NCBI GenBank assembly: GCA_036172245.1
Contig: JAYWIR010000002.1
Span: 5,952,001 to 6,016,000 of the forward strand
From: Raillietiella orientalis
Lineage: Eukaryota
Direction: 5' to 3'
Length of the DNA stretch: 64,000 nt
Of this stretch, positions 49,401 through 60,700 are shown one piece after another. The notes below the pieces were generated by a model. The model was not told the origin of the DNA and made no database searches. It saw nothing but the letters and a program-made list of their open reading frames with translations. Positions within the stretch are counted from its first letter, which is position 1, and each line of letters opens with the position of its first letter. Made by a program: the position numbers and the translations under genes.

Positions 49401-50329
49401 TCCCCGTTTGCTCGGGGCAAGAGCCGTTCACAGGCAGTCACTTTGCATCTCCGTGAGTTCGTTGTTGGCCAGGAAACCGCCTAATGACCCGGCCGAATGA
49501 GCCAGCATCGTCTCTCGTTTCAGCTCTCTCGAATGGAATTCTGGCTTTCTTGATTATCACCCGGTTATGTCGGGTATTTTTTACTTAGGGTATTAAAGAT
49601 GCACGTTGTGGTAAAACCGTTGGTTCTACCACACGCAATGAACCTGTCGAGGACCGCTACGCAGACCGGCGTGGTCCGCTCCGGCAGCGTGGGAGAAAGG
49701 GAAACAAAAACAAAAAATAAACAAACAAAACGGGGGAGTGAAATTCATACACAGGGAGGCAGGGGGGGGATCGAGGAAGGGATCACCGATGCTGGCAAGT
49801 TCTGTCTGGATAGGGTCCAGGTAAGGGCATCTAAAGGTGGTCCTCAGGAAGATCCGCGCCCAGTGGATGGCATCCCTATCATTCTGGTTTCTTCTTCCCG
49901 CGTTCCAGGATGCCACGATTCTGTGGATGCAGCAGAGAACTGCGAGGGACCCGGCTGGCAGCAGAGCGGCACGCGCGAAGAGGCGTTTCAAAATGTCCCT
50001 GGGGTCGCCCACTGGGGTTCCTAGGATCGTCTCGAGGCATTCCAAAAGAGGTCAGAGAGAAGCAGAGTCCAACCGAGGTCTGGGAGGGTCTTCTTCTTCC
50101 CTCACTTGTCGCACTGAGCGTCCACGCTCCCCTCCCCCCGTGTCCAGTGGTGAAGGCGCGCTTTGCACGGAATTCCCCCATTCAGCACCAGCAACGCCGA
50201 CTCCTGCCACTTGAGGGAGAGGGTTGCACTGTTCCATCACGCTGGGGGCCTCCTTATTTCTTCAGGAGGGAACCATTGGTCTGGGATGACAGGCATCTAT
50301 ACGGGTTTCCTGTTGTATTGCTTCCCTTC

Positions 50330-51190
50330 CAGCTTTTTTCTTTTGATTCGCCGAGTGCTGAAAAACCGTCCGCTCCCTCATCAGAGAGAGTTCAGAAGCT
50401 CCTTAACGCTGTCCGTGCCATCCGAGGGTGCATGTGACTCTCCGTTTTAGGGGGTAATCCCAGAGGGACCCCCCGATGGATCCAGGAAGGGCTCCGGAGG
50501 AAGGAGTCTGGTCCTCTTACACTTGGTAGGGGAACAACCCCTAAGGGAACCCTCGCCTTGGTTGTTTGCGAAGGGAGCCTTGAAAGGACCCTCTTCCCCG
50601 TTTTCTCCTCCGGAGGGACTCCCTGGCTTCCTTCCTTTAGGGTTCTTCTCTGTCTCGCTGTTTTTCTTTCTGCTTTTTTTTTCCTTCCTTCTTTTGGCTC
50701 GCCAAGTGCTGAAGAACAGCTCGTCTCCCTAGAAAGGGGTGAGAGAAGGGATAATAAGCTCACGAAACTCTCTATCATCGTCCATATTACTCTCCGAGGG
50801 TATGTGTGTAGCTCCTCCCGTTAGAAAGTATCCCAGGATGGAACCACCTTATGAACCCAGGAAGGGCTCTGGAGGAAGGAGTCCGTTCCTCTTACTCTTG
50901 GGAGGGAACCCCAAAAGCAACCTCTCTCCCATTCTCTCCGGAGGGCCCTCTGGAAAGGGTTCGCTCTCTGTTTCCTCTGGAGGGAACCCCGAAGGGACGC
51001 TTGCAAATTTCTTGAAAGGGCGCACCCGAAGGATGCAGCTCGCTTCTGAAACTCAGGAGAGATAACCCTCCGAAGGGAAAGGTATCAACCGGCTCCATAG
51101 ATAGAGGATCACCCCCAAGGTGAAATAATGATCTTGTGCCCTTTAGCCTCCAGCCTGCAGCTGATCCAAGAACGGGAAAGTCACCATCGT
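50330..51190 (-). mobile_element. SINE-like element, copy 6 (body with duplicated 3' module), nested in the LINE
   Basis: The reverse complement GAAATTTGCAAGCGTCCCTTCGGGGTTCCCTCC matches copy 2. 50345-50530 and 50695-50900 are diverged duplicates (on +: CGCCRAGTGCTGAA, CCAGGAAGGGCTCYGGAGGAAGGAGTC). Confidence 0.75.
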
Positions 51191-53705
51191 TGTCCATGTC
51201 ACCCCACCACCACCACCACCATGGTGTCCTGCATCGTCATCGTCATCATGTGGCTCGGCTGGCGAGAGGGAGGAAGTAGGGAAGGAACACTAGTTTCCTG
51301 GTTGGGAGCGCGGATTCGAAGGGGCGAGTAAGCCGGGAACTTCCCAGGGGAAGTCCCGGATTTCCGAAAATCGGGAGCGCAGGGGAAAAAAAACCTGAGG
51401 CGGCATCTCGGACTCGATCTCCGAAGAAACTCTGGCGGCACGGGTTGCAGAGGGAGCTCTCGAACAGGCCAGTCGGCCTCCTCCGACGCGAACCGGAAGA
51501 CGATGAAGACTAAGGAGAGATGCCGCCACGTGGGCTGACGAAGAGCCTGTAGCAAGAACCGAGGAAGAGCCGCGGAGCGGCGGGGCCCTGGGAAGGAAAG
51601 CGATCTTTCGATCGCTCTCCCGCTTTCCTCTTCTTCCCCACCGGCGCGTCTTTCTTGCGCGAGGAAACAAACGGCCCCTTCTTGGCTCGTCTCGGGATGT
51701 GTCGTGATCGACGGCCCGCAAGCGCTCGATCCTGGAACGGAAGGGATTGCTGGGACGCCATTGCGTTCAAACGAATAATGCTTCACCTTCACTGGCTTGA
51801 CGTCCCAGGAATCCGGACATACCTTCAGGGCGGGATTTCTAAAGACCAAACGTCGGCTTTCCCATCCGGATCACTACGCTTTCCTACCACGGACGACCTG
51901 GCCCACGACAGGAGGAAGCTAGCATGGGCAGGAAGGGAAGGAAGGAAGGGGAGGAGGGAAGAGCGGAAGAGTCTCCCTACTGCCAGCAGACGCCCCTCGT
52001 TCCAGGAAAATGGAGCGAGTGAAAGGAATAAGAGAGGAGGAGGAGGAAGAAGAAGAAATGGAAGAGTCATCTCGGAACCAGCAGAGAAATGAAGCGGGCG
52101 AAAGGCCCGAGGGAATGCAAAGAGATGTCCTTCTCGCCTTCTCTCGAATGCCCGGAAGCCTCAGGGCCGAAGTTGTCACCCAGGATTCAGTTCTGGCTTG
52201 CGGAGGGAGGAGCTGTGGGAAGCGTGGCCACATGCGTTCTACAAGGGGTCAGAGGGGGGGTAGCAAGGGAGCGAAGATTAAATCCGGGAAGATCTCCAAA
52301 AGACGGCTGACGTCGTCGGGGAGAGCAATCCATGGGAAGGTGAACTGGAGAGTGATGGGAAGGGAACAGAGTGCGGCTCTCGCAGCATTTCCGGAAGGCT
52401 CGGTTGGCGCGAACGACAACCTCGGGAGAGGGAATCTGCCGCCGAAAGTGCCGAAAAAGGCGGCACCCTGCTGGGAAGTTTGGCAGCCCTGCCTCGAACC
52501 CGCTCGAAACGGGACCTGGCTGCTTTCCAGGCGGCTTCGTGGTTGTCATGCCTGCGGCGCTCGGAGCGGGGGTGTCGCTGGCTGGAGCTCCAGGTCCGCA
52601 TGAAGATTGCGAGGAAGCGCCTCTGGGTAGATCCAGGTGCAGCGCGACGTCGAACCCCTCAGTGACCCTCCAGCACCCTTGATTTCAGCTCTTGATTTCT
52701 GCGGAAACCTTTTTCCCGGAAGTTCCTTTGAATCCCTGATAGACGATGAGAGTGGACTCGTAGAAGGAGAACTGCTCAAGTCTTCACACTGCGGATGACC
52801 TCACTACAACATGCGGCGACGGTAGGCGGGAATGAAGAGAGGAGCGAAGGGTGGCTGTTGCCGCGATTCTACCGCAGCACGCGCCGGCTGCAGTTCCCTG
52901 CCCTCGGACCTCCAATGGGCGCCCACCCACGGGTTCGCCGCCGCGTCACGGCACCCGACCGATCGTGGAGCTGTCGCGAGACCAAGAAAGCTCATTTCGA
53001 AAGATAGGGGTCACCTGCGCTTTTCCGGAATATCGTCCGGAAGCGCGATCTGCCCACCTGTGCAGGCGGCGATCCCTCTCCTGACTTCAGAAGACCTTCC
53101 GGTTCTGAACTTCCCGAGTCCTTCCGAGCATCTCCAGGAGTCCCCGCGACACCGGAGGTTTCCTTGCCTTCACACATTCACACTTCACCCAGTCGTGGTC
53201 ATTATCCCTCCTGGAACGTAAGATCGAAAGATGACTTTGAAAGGGGGGAACAGTGCAGCGAAAGTTCGATTTTCGCTACAGGACCTAAGTCTCCGCCCTT
53301 CAGAGCCAATCGGCAGCCACCAGCGTGCCGCAAGCGGGAAAACGACACAGCTTTCCCTTCTGCCGGGGTAGGATAGAAAGAGTGCTTCTGCGTGTTCGAA
53401 AAAGTGTCAGCCAGGTCACCAAGAATGGGGTGGAGAAACGAGGCAAAGGTGGCTGCACAGAAGCTGGCAAGCTCGCATGAGGGTGCAGGAAACGCAGGAG
53501 CGCGCTGACGCAATCCCGGGACTGAGTGCTCGAAGCTGTCCCTGCGGGCGTGGTGCTGGAGCATGACGCTGAGCGTGCGAATCCTTCGCAAGCTACAACT
53601 TGTATTTTATCATCCAGTCACTCCCCTGTTGCTTCGATCCCGCACATGTCGGTCCTGTGTAAATTTTAGTTATGCATTTCCAATAAATGACCCGGAAATT
53701 CATTA

Positions 53706-53905
53706 AGAGGAGGAGAAAAAGAGGAAGTGGGGAAGAAGAGAGGAAGAGGAAGGGAGCAAGAATGGGAAGACAAGAAGAAGGAAGGAGAAAAAGAAGGAAG
53801 AACAAGTGAGAAGGAGGAAGAGGAAGAGGAAGGAGGGAAAAGAAGGAAAAACTAAGAGGAGTAAGAGGAGGAAGAGTGGAAAGGAGGAGAAGAGGAAGGA
53901 ATAGA
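53706..53905 (+). repeat. Polypurine (G/A) low-complexity tract
   Basis: About 200 nt of almost pure GAG/GAA/AAG units. Confidence 0.9.
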
Positions 53906-53939
53906 AAAAGTCATCCACTAGTCAGCTGGCAAACGAAGC

Positions 53940-54130
53940 CACTTCAAAGATCCCTCCCGGAGAACGCAAGTGCGGATCCGGTCTTTAGGAGTCTTTTGGG
54001 AAAACTGCCGAATGATTCCAGTCTTTCTGATCGATACCTTCGTTCCCCTTCTTCGTTACCAGGAGACCATCGTCTTGCTGGTTCACTGGGGAGTTCCACT
54101 TCACGCTTCAAGGAATGCACGGAATTGTAC
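53940..54130 (+). mobile_element. LINE C-terminal fragment in the opposite orientation to its host LINE
   Basis: PLLRYQETIVLLVHWGVP parallels PLRWQETALLVLHWGLP of the 29 kb copy. Confidence 0.6.
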
Positions 54131-57100
54131 CAGCCATCTTTTGCTCCCGTGCTGCTTCCATGCTCTGGAGACCGCAGAGGGGACAGAAGCGCATCTAAGC
54201 AGTTTCCCAACTATGACCCAAGGAAGTCACCTCTTCGGGATGAGCGTTTGTCTCCTCGCTGGCAATACGATGCTCTGCCAGTTGCAAGCAGAGGCGATCT
54301 CCAGAATAGAGGGTGCAGCCGCCATACCGCGGAACCACATTCGATCGCCTTGTCTTCATGCGAATAGCAATGAAATCATTCAATCCGGGATGGGAGGTGC
54401 AAGGGAGCCTTAGTGCCGTTTCGGGCGGACTGGCTCGCTACCGATGAACGCAGTCTTTTCTCCCTCCCTTCTCACAGTCCCACAGGGGATCGTCTCCATG
54501 CCTTGGCACTCCACTAGGCCACCTCTCAGGCTTCAAGGGAGAGTCTTTCCAGTGCACGAGCGCGGCTACAAAGAGCGCGCTCCTCGAGGGTCTCCGCAGT
54601 TCAATAGCAGATGAGCGTTTTATCGCTTCTGGCATGTAGGGCACAGCGCAGAAGAGCACTGCGCCGCCTACCACCTGAACGGGTGCACGAAACCTTTTGG
54701 ACATAGAGGAGCGATTTCAGGTTCCTCTGATGGAGTTCAAAGTGCTCCTCACGAGCCCGAGTGTAAAGGGCCTTGTGCCCTTGCCCTCACACTCCGGGTC
54801 GTGGCGTCCGTTCTCCGGGAGGTTGTCCATCCGTACAGCGAGGTGATCAATAGTGGGACCAGGGCAAAGTTCAGGTCGCCTCTTTGCAGCCAAGAGCGGC
54901 AACAGCAAGCAATGTGGGAAGTGATTTGGTCTTGACGAATCTCGTGCGATGCTTGGGGGCAGCTTTGAAGGCAAACGAAGTCAGAAACGCGTGGAGGCAT
55001 GCCTGCAAGGCGAGAAATTTTTTGGCAGCAAGAGACCTGACGGCAAAGAAGAGGCGAGGAAGCACCTAAAGCTGTCGGGAGCGACCTGGTCGTGACCTTC
55101 AAAAGGTGGACATGCGGCGTGCGTTTAGACGCGCAGCCGTGTTATGGACCGTGAGGGAGTCCTCTTTCCGCGGTGCCTGCCTGACATGGGTCTTTTGCTG
55201 CATGTTTCCAGCTACCTAGTCAACAACATCCGACGTGGAGTCGCAGTCGAGCTAGTGAGCCGCTTTCCAATGCATGGAGCTTTTAAAGCGAAGACGGCCA
55301 TTTGGGGAGTTACCATTCGTCGGCAATGAGCGTCGTTTGCCGCCACTTCCACGCGTGGATCTTTGCTGTTTTCCACCTGGAAATGTACGCCGAGCGGGTG
55401 GTTCCAGACAGGCATGGTGACACGGATCGTTGAAGCACCACAAGTTTGTAGGTGCCAATCACACTACCCAGGGAACTGACTTTGCTGAGAACAACACCTG
55501 GCAAGAAGACAAAACGAACATCCAGTGGCCGCAGTTCTAACGGGAGGTGGTGGCCATGCTGGGACGTCGCTCGCTCCTATGAGTATTTATCAGCAGGGAT
55601 TGAGGAAGGAGAGAAAGTGCCAGGAACTGTCTCTCACATTCGATCCTTGAAGAAGAGATCACTGTGGTAAGAGCGGTTGTTTTGGGATCCTTGGGGTCTT
55701 GGAGAAGCGAAGTGGTGAAGTGCTACAGGGATTGAAAATTTCTGAGGAACAGTGGAAAACAGATGGCATGCCCAGGGTATTTACCGGGACCTTCGAATGG
55801 AGTCGTCTCTCTAAACTGAAGAGCGTCCGGAAAAATTCAGGAGGAGTTAAAGAGAAACAAAGGGAGCAGAAAAATGGTTCACGTCTCCTCTCTTTCACAT
55901 CGCTGTGGGTGCATGAACTGGAAAGGAAAAGGAAAAGTCACTGATTCAAAGGTACCTTGAAGCGACAGTCGATTGGTCTGACTGGACTGTCCTTTAAACC
56001 ACGGTGTCCAACTGGTTGCTCCTGATGAAAATGGAGCCGTCCGTTCTGGTCGGATTGTCCTCCATGAGATGGTGCGCTACCAGCAAAAATTGCGGGGCTT
56101 TTACCGTCCCAAATGTCAAGGCAGCTTGGGAACTCCAGCCATGGGAGGAGGGAGGGTGAGAGCAAGAAGACTGCCGGAAAGCCTGCGGTACCGAATCATC
56201 TCGCTGAAGCGTGTGGATGCGCACGCTCTCTGAACAAAAAAGTCCAGCAGCGTGTCATCTCAGCGCACCTAAAACTGTAACCGAAAAGCACTTATGCCTG
56301 AGAGCGCTTGCAGAGTCAGCATTCGAAAGAGTCCTCCGAGGAAGTTTCCGTCTTGTCAAGCATTCGTCGTCCGGGCTCCACGAAAAGAAATGTAAGGGCT
56401 GCGGTGAACCTTGACAGTCGCTGGGCCGACGTGCTGAGGTCGAGTAGAGCGTCCTTCAAACTCTACGAGGCGCCTGTGCGAGCTTCTTCAGAGGTCAGTT
56501 CAAGGCAGATTGGGCAGCGGAACGTCCAGCCGGAAGTGATCCCGGCGCACCTGAATCACAGGAGCGCACGCACACATCCTGCAAAAAAGAAATCACTCCC
56601 ATGTAGCAGAGTGCGTGCTTCTGCAGAGATTGCACTCCCTTTTGCGCCCACTGATGCAGCATCTCCTCCGTACGAACAGCGGAGGATAAAACAGATAAAT
56701 CCAATAAACCATTATGGTTCGCATCGATCATTATCTGGATATTGCTTGCAGCATGAGAAGTTACCGACGTCACGTGCTCAACAGAAATTCATTTTACTAA
56801 GGAAATGAGATACAAATTCTGCTGCAAACTTTGATTAGATTTATCAAGGGGATGGAGAAAGGAAACTGCTCACTGCGCTCAACAGAAAAACACATCAATC
56901 AATTAATGAATTAATCAATTTATTGTCTTCGCCCCATTCATCCACTCCTGTCTAATCTAATGCTCTCGCTGCTGAACAGCAATGTTTTTCCCTGGGAACC
57001 ACGGCTGATACACTTGCTTTGCCTTCCCGTCAAAGAAATTTTCCTTTCCTCCGCAGCGGATTGGTAGCCGGAGGAGGTACGTGCGATCCTCCAGAAAGAA

Positions 57101-57799
57101 AACGAAACTTCGATGAGGAGGAGAATTCATTAGAAGACGCGCAGAAATCCTGCTGAGCTCCATGCCCACAGGCCAAACGACTCGTCTGGGGAAATTCAGT
57201 CTTGGTACAAAGTGGATTTCGGAAGAGGGAGCTGTTCTGGGGATTCTGCCACACCCACCCACGCCGGAACGCCACCCGTCCACGATCTCGCCTCGGGCGA
57301 GTTCTCGGCTTGGAGGGGGCGTAGAATTCGTGAGGTAAGCCGCTAGGTCAATTGACAAGAGAAACAGCTGATCAAGGTCGCTAGGGGAAGGGTCAAGGCA
57401 GAGAATTTCTCCTTCCTTTTTTCGCTTGCCTGCTCGTTGTGGATTCAAAGAGATCACTTCAGCTACCGCTTCACCCGGAAGCTCTGACGAGGGGCATTGG
57501 GACCATTTCAGGAGAGGAACCGTGGATTTTTTCACGGACGCTTCCTAGTGAGGGAGTTCAGGTAGTTCGAGTCTTGGGGGGAAAAAAACTTTTCTTAGGT
57601 CTCCTCAGCACCGATCTGCAAATCGTCTACATCCGCATCAACAAGGTCAAGAACGGCAAGCAGGCAGGTCCTTGAAGTCAGTGTCGAGATCGTCGGCTCG
57701 GCAGCCGCTCGTTCGCTCATTTCCGATGCACGGGGGGTCGCTAGAAATTTTTCCAAGTTTCCCTTCCAGTTTGCTTTCCGATGACGGTTATCAGGAAAT

Positions 57800-60700
57800 C
57801 CTCACTTCAAAGGCATTCCAAGGAGCGTCCATCCTATCGGGTCGGCGCTGACCAAATGTCAGAAACACGAGCCTCGAGCACCTCCGTGCTTTCTCAGATC
57901 TTGAGATCCGCCAGCTCTGCAGTCGGTCTGTCTGGACGCCCCCTTCCGGTTCGCTTGCGAGTGGATAAGCGCCACCGAGCTCACCGAGCTGCAGCATCCG
58001 GAAGATAGGAAATTCACTGTTTGGAGATCAGACACGAGGAGAGCGCCAAGAAGAAGGGGAGAAGCGAAGATGTCTGCGAGGGTCGTTCGATTTTGAGGTA
58101 GGGAGTGGCGGAGTCGGGCGCAGCCGGAGGGGCAGCTCAAGGACGTCCCAATGGGTCTTCAGAGCAGAAACCACGAACCTACCGGCGTCCCCCTCGATAT
58201 GCAAAGAGACGGGGGTGAGCCGTTGACCAGCCTGGCCAAGGGCAACGCTGATGTCGCGCGAGAACACCCACGCACACCGAGAAGGTGAAGAGAAAGAGAG
58301 CGAATGAACTGAACACCGCGGGAGTTTCGCGCGGAACAAACTGACTCCCGCCTCCATCTTGGAGGAGCACGAGAGGTTGACTTCGCCTCCTCTATAAGAC
58401 GAACCATCGGTGGGGACCCAGGAGAGCTCCCTAATTTCCGTCATGGCAAATCCTGTGGTGCGAGGGATGGAAAAAAATGGCTTTAAGGATAGTGTCCTCA
58501 AAACATGCAGTTAAATCCGACGTGTCCACTACCAGATGGCTTGGCAAGGACGGCGTCCTTGTCTGGCCTAGCAACCTTCCAAGGAGAAGTCGGGCGACAA
58601 CCTCTGCACCGCCTTTAAACATGCACCTTCCCAGTTGGTTAACATTTTCTGTCCAGAGACATTGAAGTCTAAGGTCGCAGATACGGGTGGGGCCGAAGAG
58701 TGGTGATACTCCTGGACTTCCAGCTCTTCTTCGTGTCGAGTAACCACCGTAAGGTGCTGCAGGCTTCTTTAGGAAAGCTCTTCGGCCTGCCAATTCATCT
58801 ATCGATGCTGCCATCTGTTTGAACTGCCATCCTTCCCAGACCCTGATCTAAGACTAGTGGCGCGGAAGCGCCTGCGGTCGCCAGCAACGGGAGAGGAAGT
58901 GGCGATGCGCAGACTCGATTGAAAGAGGGAGCAGCCGAGCAATTGGAAGACGAACCCAGGGACGAGCGAAGAAGACCTTCCAGAAAAACACAGGAGGTTA
59001 CGTTCAGAGGCCCTCCGCTGTGGGCGCAAGGAAGGGCGACCGGTTCCCGCGTGAGGACAGTGCATCTCAAAGAAGCTCCGAAATGCTCGGCAGAGAGAAG
59101 CAACTGCACCAAAGGAAGTTTTGCAAGGGACAGCATCGTGCCTCAGGGAATTTATCATCCGCAGACAATACCACTAGTTTGCAGACTTCGGGTGCGTTCC
59201 CGCGTGTACGAACCGCTTACGGAATTTCCTAACCTCGCAAGTATCTTCCACCACGGCTGAAGTCGGCCGAGTGCCACATTTTCTGTGGAAGATGGGGAAA
59301 ATTTCCAGGGCACATTTTCGATCACGAGAGGTGATCCCACAACTAGTTGAACAGGTCACAAGAGTCACCTCAAAGTAGGGGAAGCTAGTAGCTTCGAGCC
59401 AGCTCATTCTGGGGGTCGATCCGAGACGGGAAGCTAAACCTGGATATTCCATGGTGATGATCATCGACGCCGCTCACCCATGAAGATACTGAAGACAGGA
59501 AGCAGCACCTGAAGGCTCAAGGCAGGAGGATGAAAGCAGACGTGGAGGAAGGGCTCACCTCTTTTGCTCTACAGCAATCTTCTTCTCCAGGTTCCTGGAA
59601 TGTTGGGCACACCAATGTGAGGACACGGAAGATCTCGAAGTAACAAGCAGAAAACACAAGAAAGGAGACTGTCCTGGGATTCTCCCTTTACTATCTCCAC
59701 TTCTTTGGAAAATTGGGAGAATGAAAGGAAAACAGGAAACGTGAGGCACCTTTAAAGGTGCCAGATCTCCTACTCTTCCCTTCGCGCGCCGCCGTCGCAG
59801 TCCACGGAAGAGGTCCCTATTGGAAACTGTCTAAAAGAAGGTTGTTTATCGAGTATTCTAGGAAATATACTGGAAACAAGATAAGTCACTGCAGAGCCAA
59901 ACCCTTCCTTGTGAAATGAGGCTGCCTGGAGGACAAGTCCGGAACACCAGACCAGGCCGAACAGATAGCTCCACCCTTCGGCAGCTATTTTCCTCCTTCA
60001 TCATCGAGCACAATCCGCAAAGATGAATAAAAAGTTGGAAAGCTTCTCGCGTTCCGCGAGCCTTCACATGAGAAGCAGCCAGAAGATTCCGCGGAGTTCT
60101 GCATCGTGGCTTCCTGCATGGGGTGCTCTTCGCGACTTCCCTATCTGTAGGGAAGGCACGAAAAGCATCCCATGTCCTCGTGCTGATAGAAACAATGCAT
60201 TGTGTTTCCTCTTCACTTTGCATAACGGATACGGCGTAGGATGGACGCTGCGTTTCCGCCCTATTTGCAACTCAATCTCCTACTTGAAATTCGGGATGTG
60301 TTAATGACGCTCCTGGCGATTCCTGTTTCCGCTACCATGAGCACTCGCAGAACGGAAACGAGAAGACCAAAAACGCCTTTCGGAAACTTCGATGAGCCCC
60401 GGAAAACCTTGAACCAGCATCCTTCCCTTGCGGAAAGCTAGGAAAGGCTCCAGTCGCTTGGCGGCTGCACCGGGAAGGAGACTCAAGGAAGCCGACTACC
60501 GGAGCCCAAAACCTCGTGAACCTCTGCTCTCGCATGCCTTCTCAACTCATTAAAGAGTGGTCATTATATGCAGAAGAATCAGGCTTTTCTAAGCAACCCC
60601 TGAGGACGATCAGTCGATCGAGGGAAGCTCATAGCTCTCGGATCCAAGCTGATGCTGTAGAAAGTCATGAAACACACCTCACAGAAGTGCGCACAGCTCC

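Larger units (their letters stand above)
49600..56300 (-). mobile_element. Near-full-length fragmented L1/Tx1-type LINE (ORF1 knuckle, APE, RT, C-terminus, 3' UTR) with nested insertions
   Basis: ORF1-like FPSCLDIWDGKSPAIFAG..VGHRGLKDSP at ~56.1 kb; APE-like KVTT..DFVCLQ..ITSLYG at ~55.0 kb; RT-like PGKQPGP..AFRKCCESRTLFPS at ~52.5 kb; C-terminal LETILGTPVGDPRDIL at ~50.0 kb, paralleling LPSILNIPAGDPKDIL of the 29 kb copy; hairpin 3' end at 49607-49684. Confidence 0.6.

Noticed and set aside
53593..53918. Phe/Leu/Ser-rich minus-strand ORFs
   Set aside because: They are translations of the low-complexity polypyrimidine strand.
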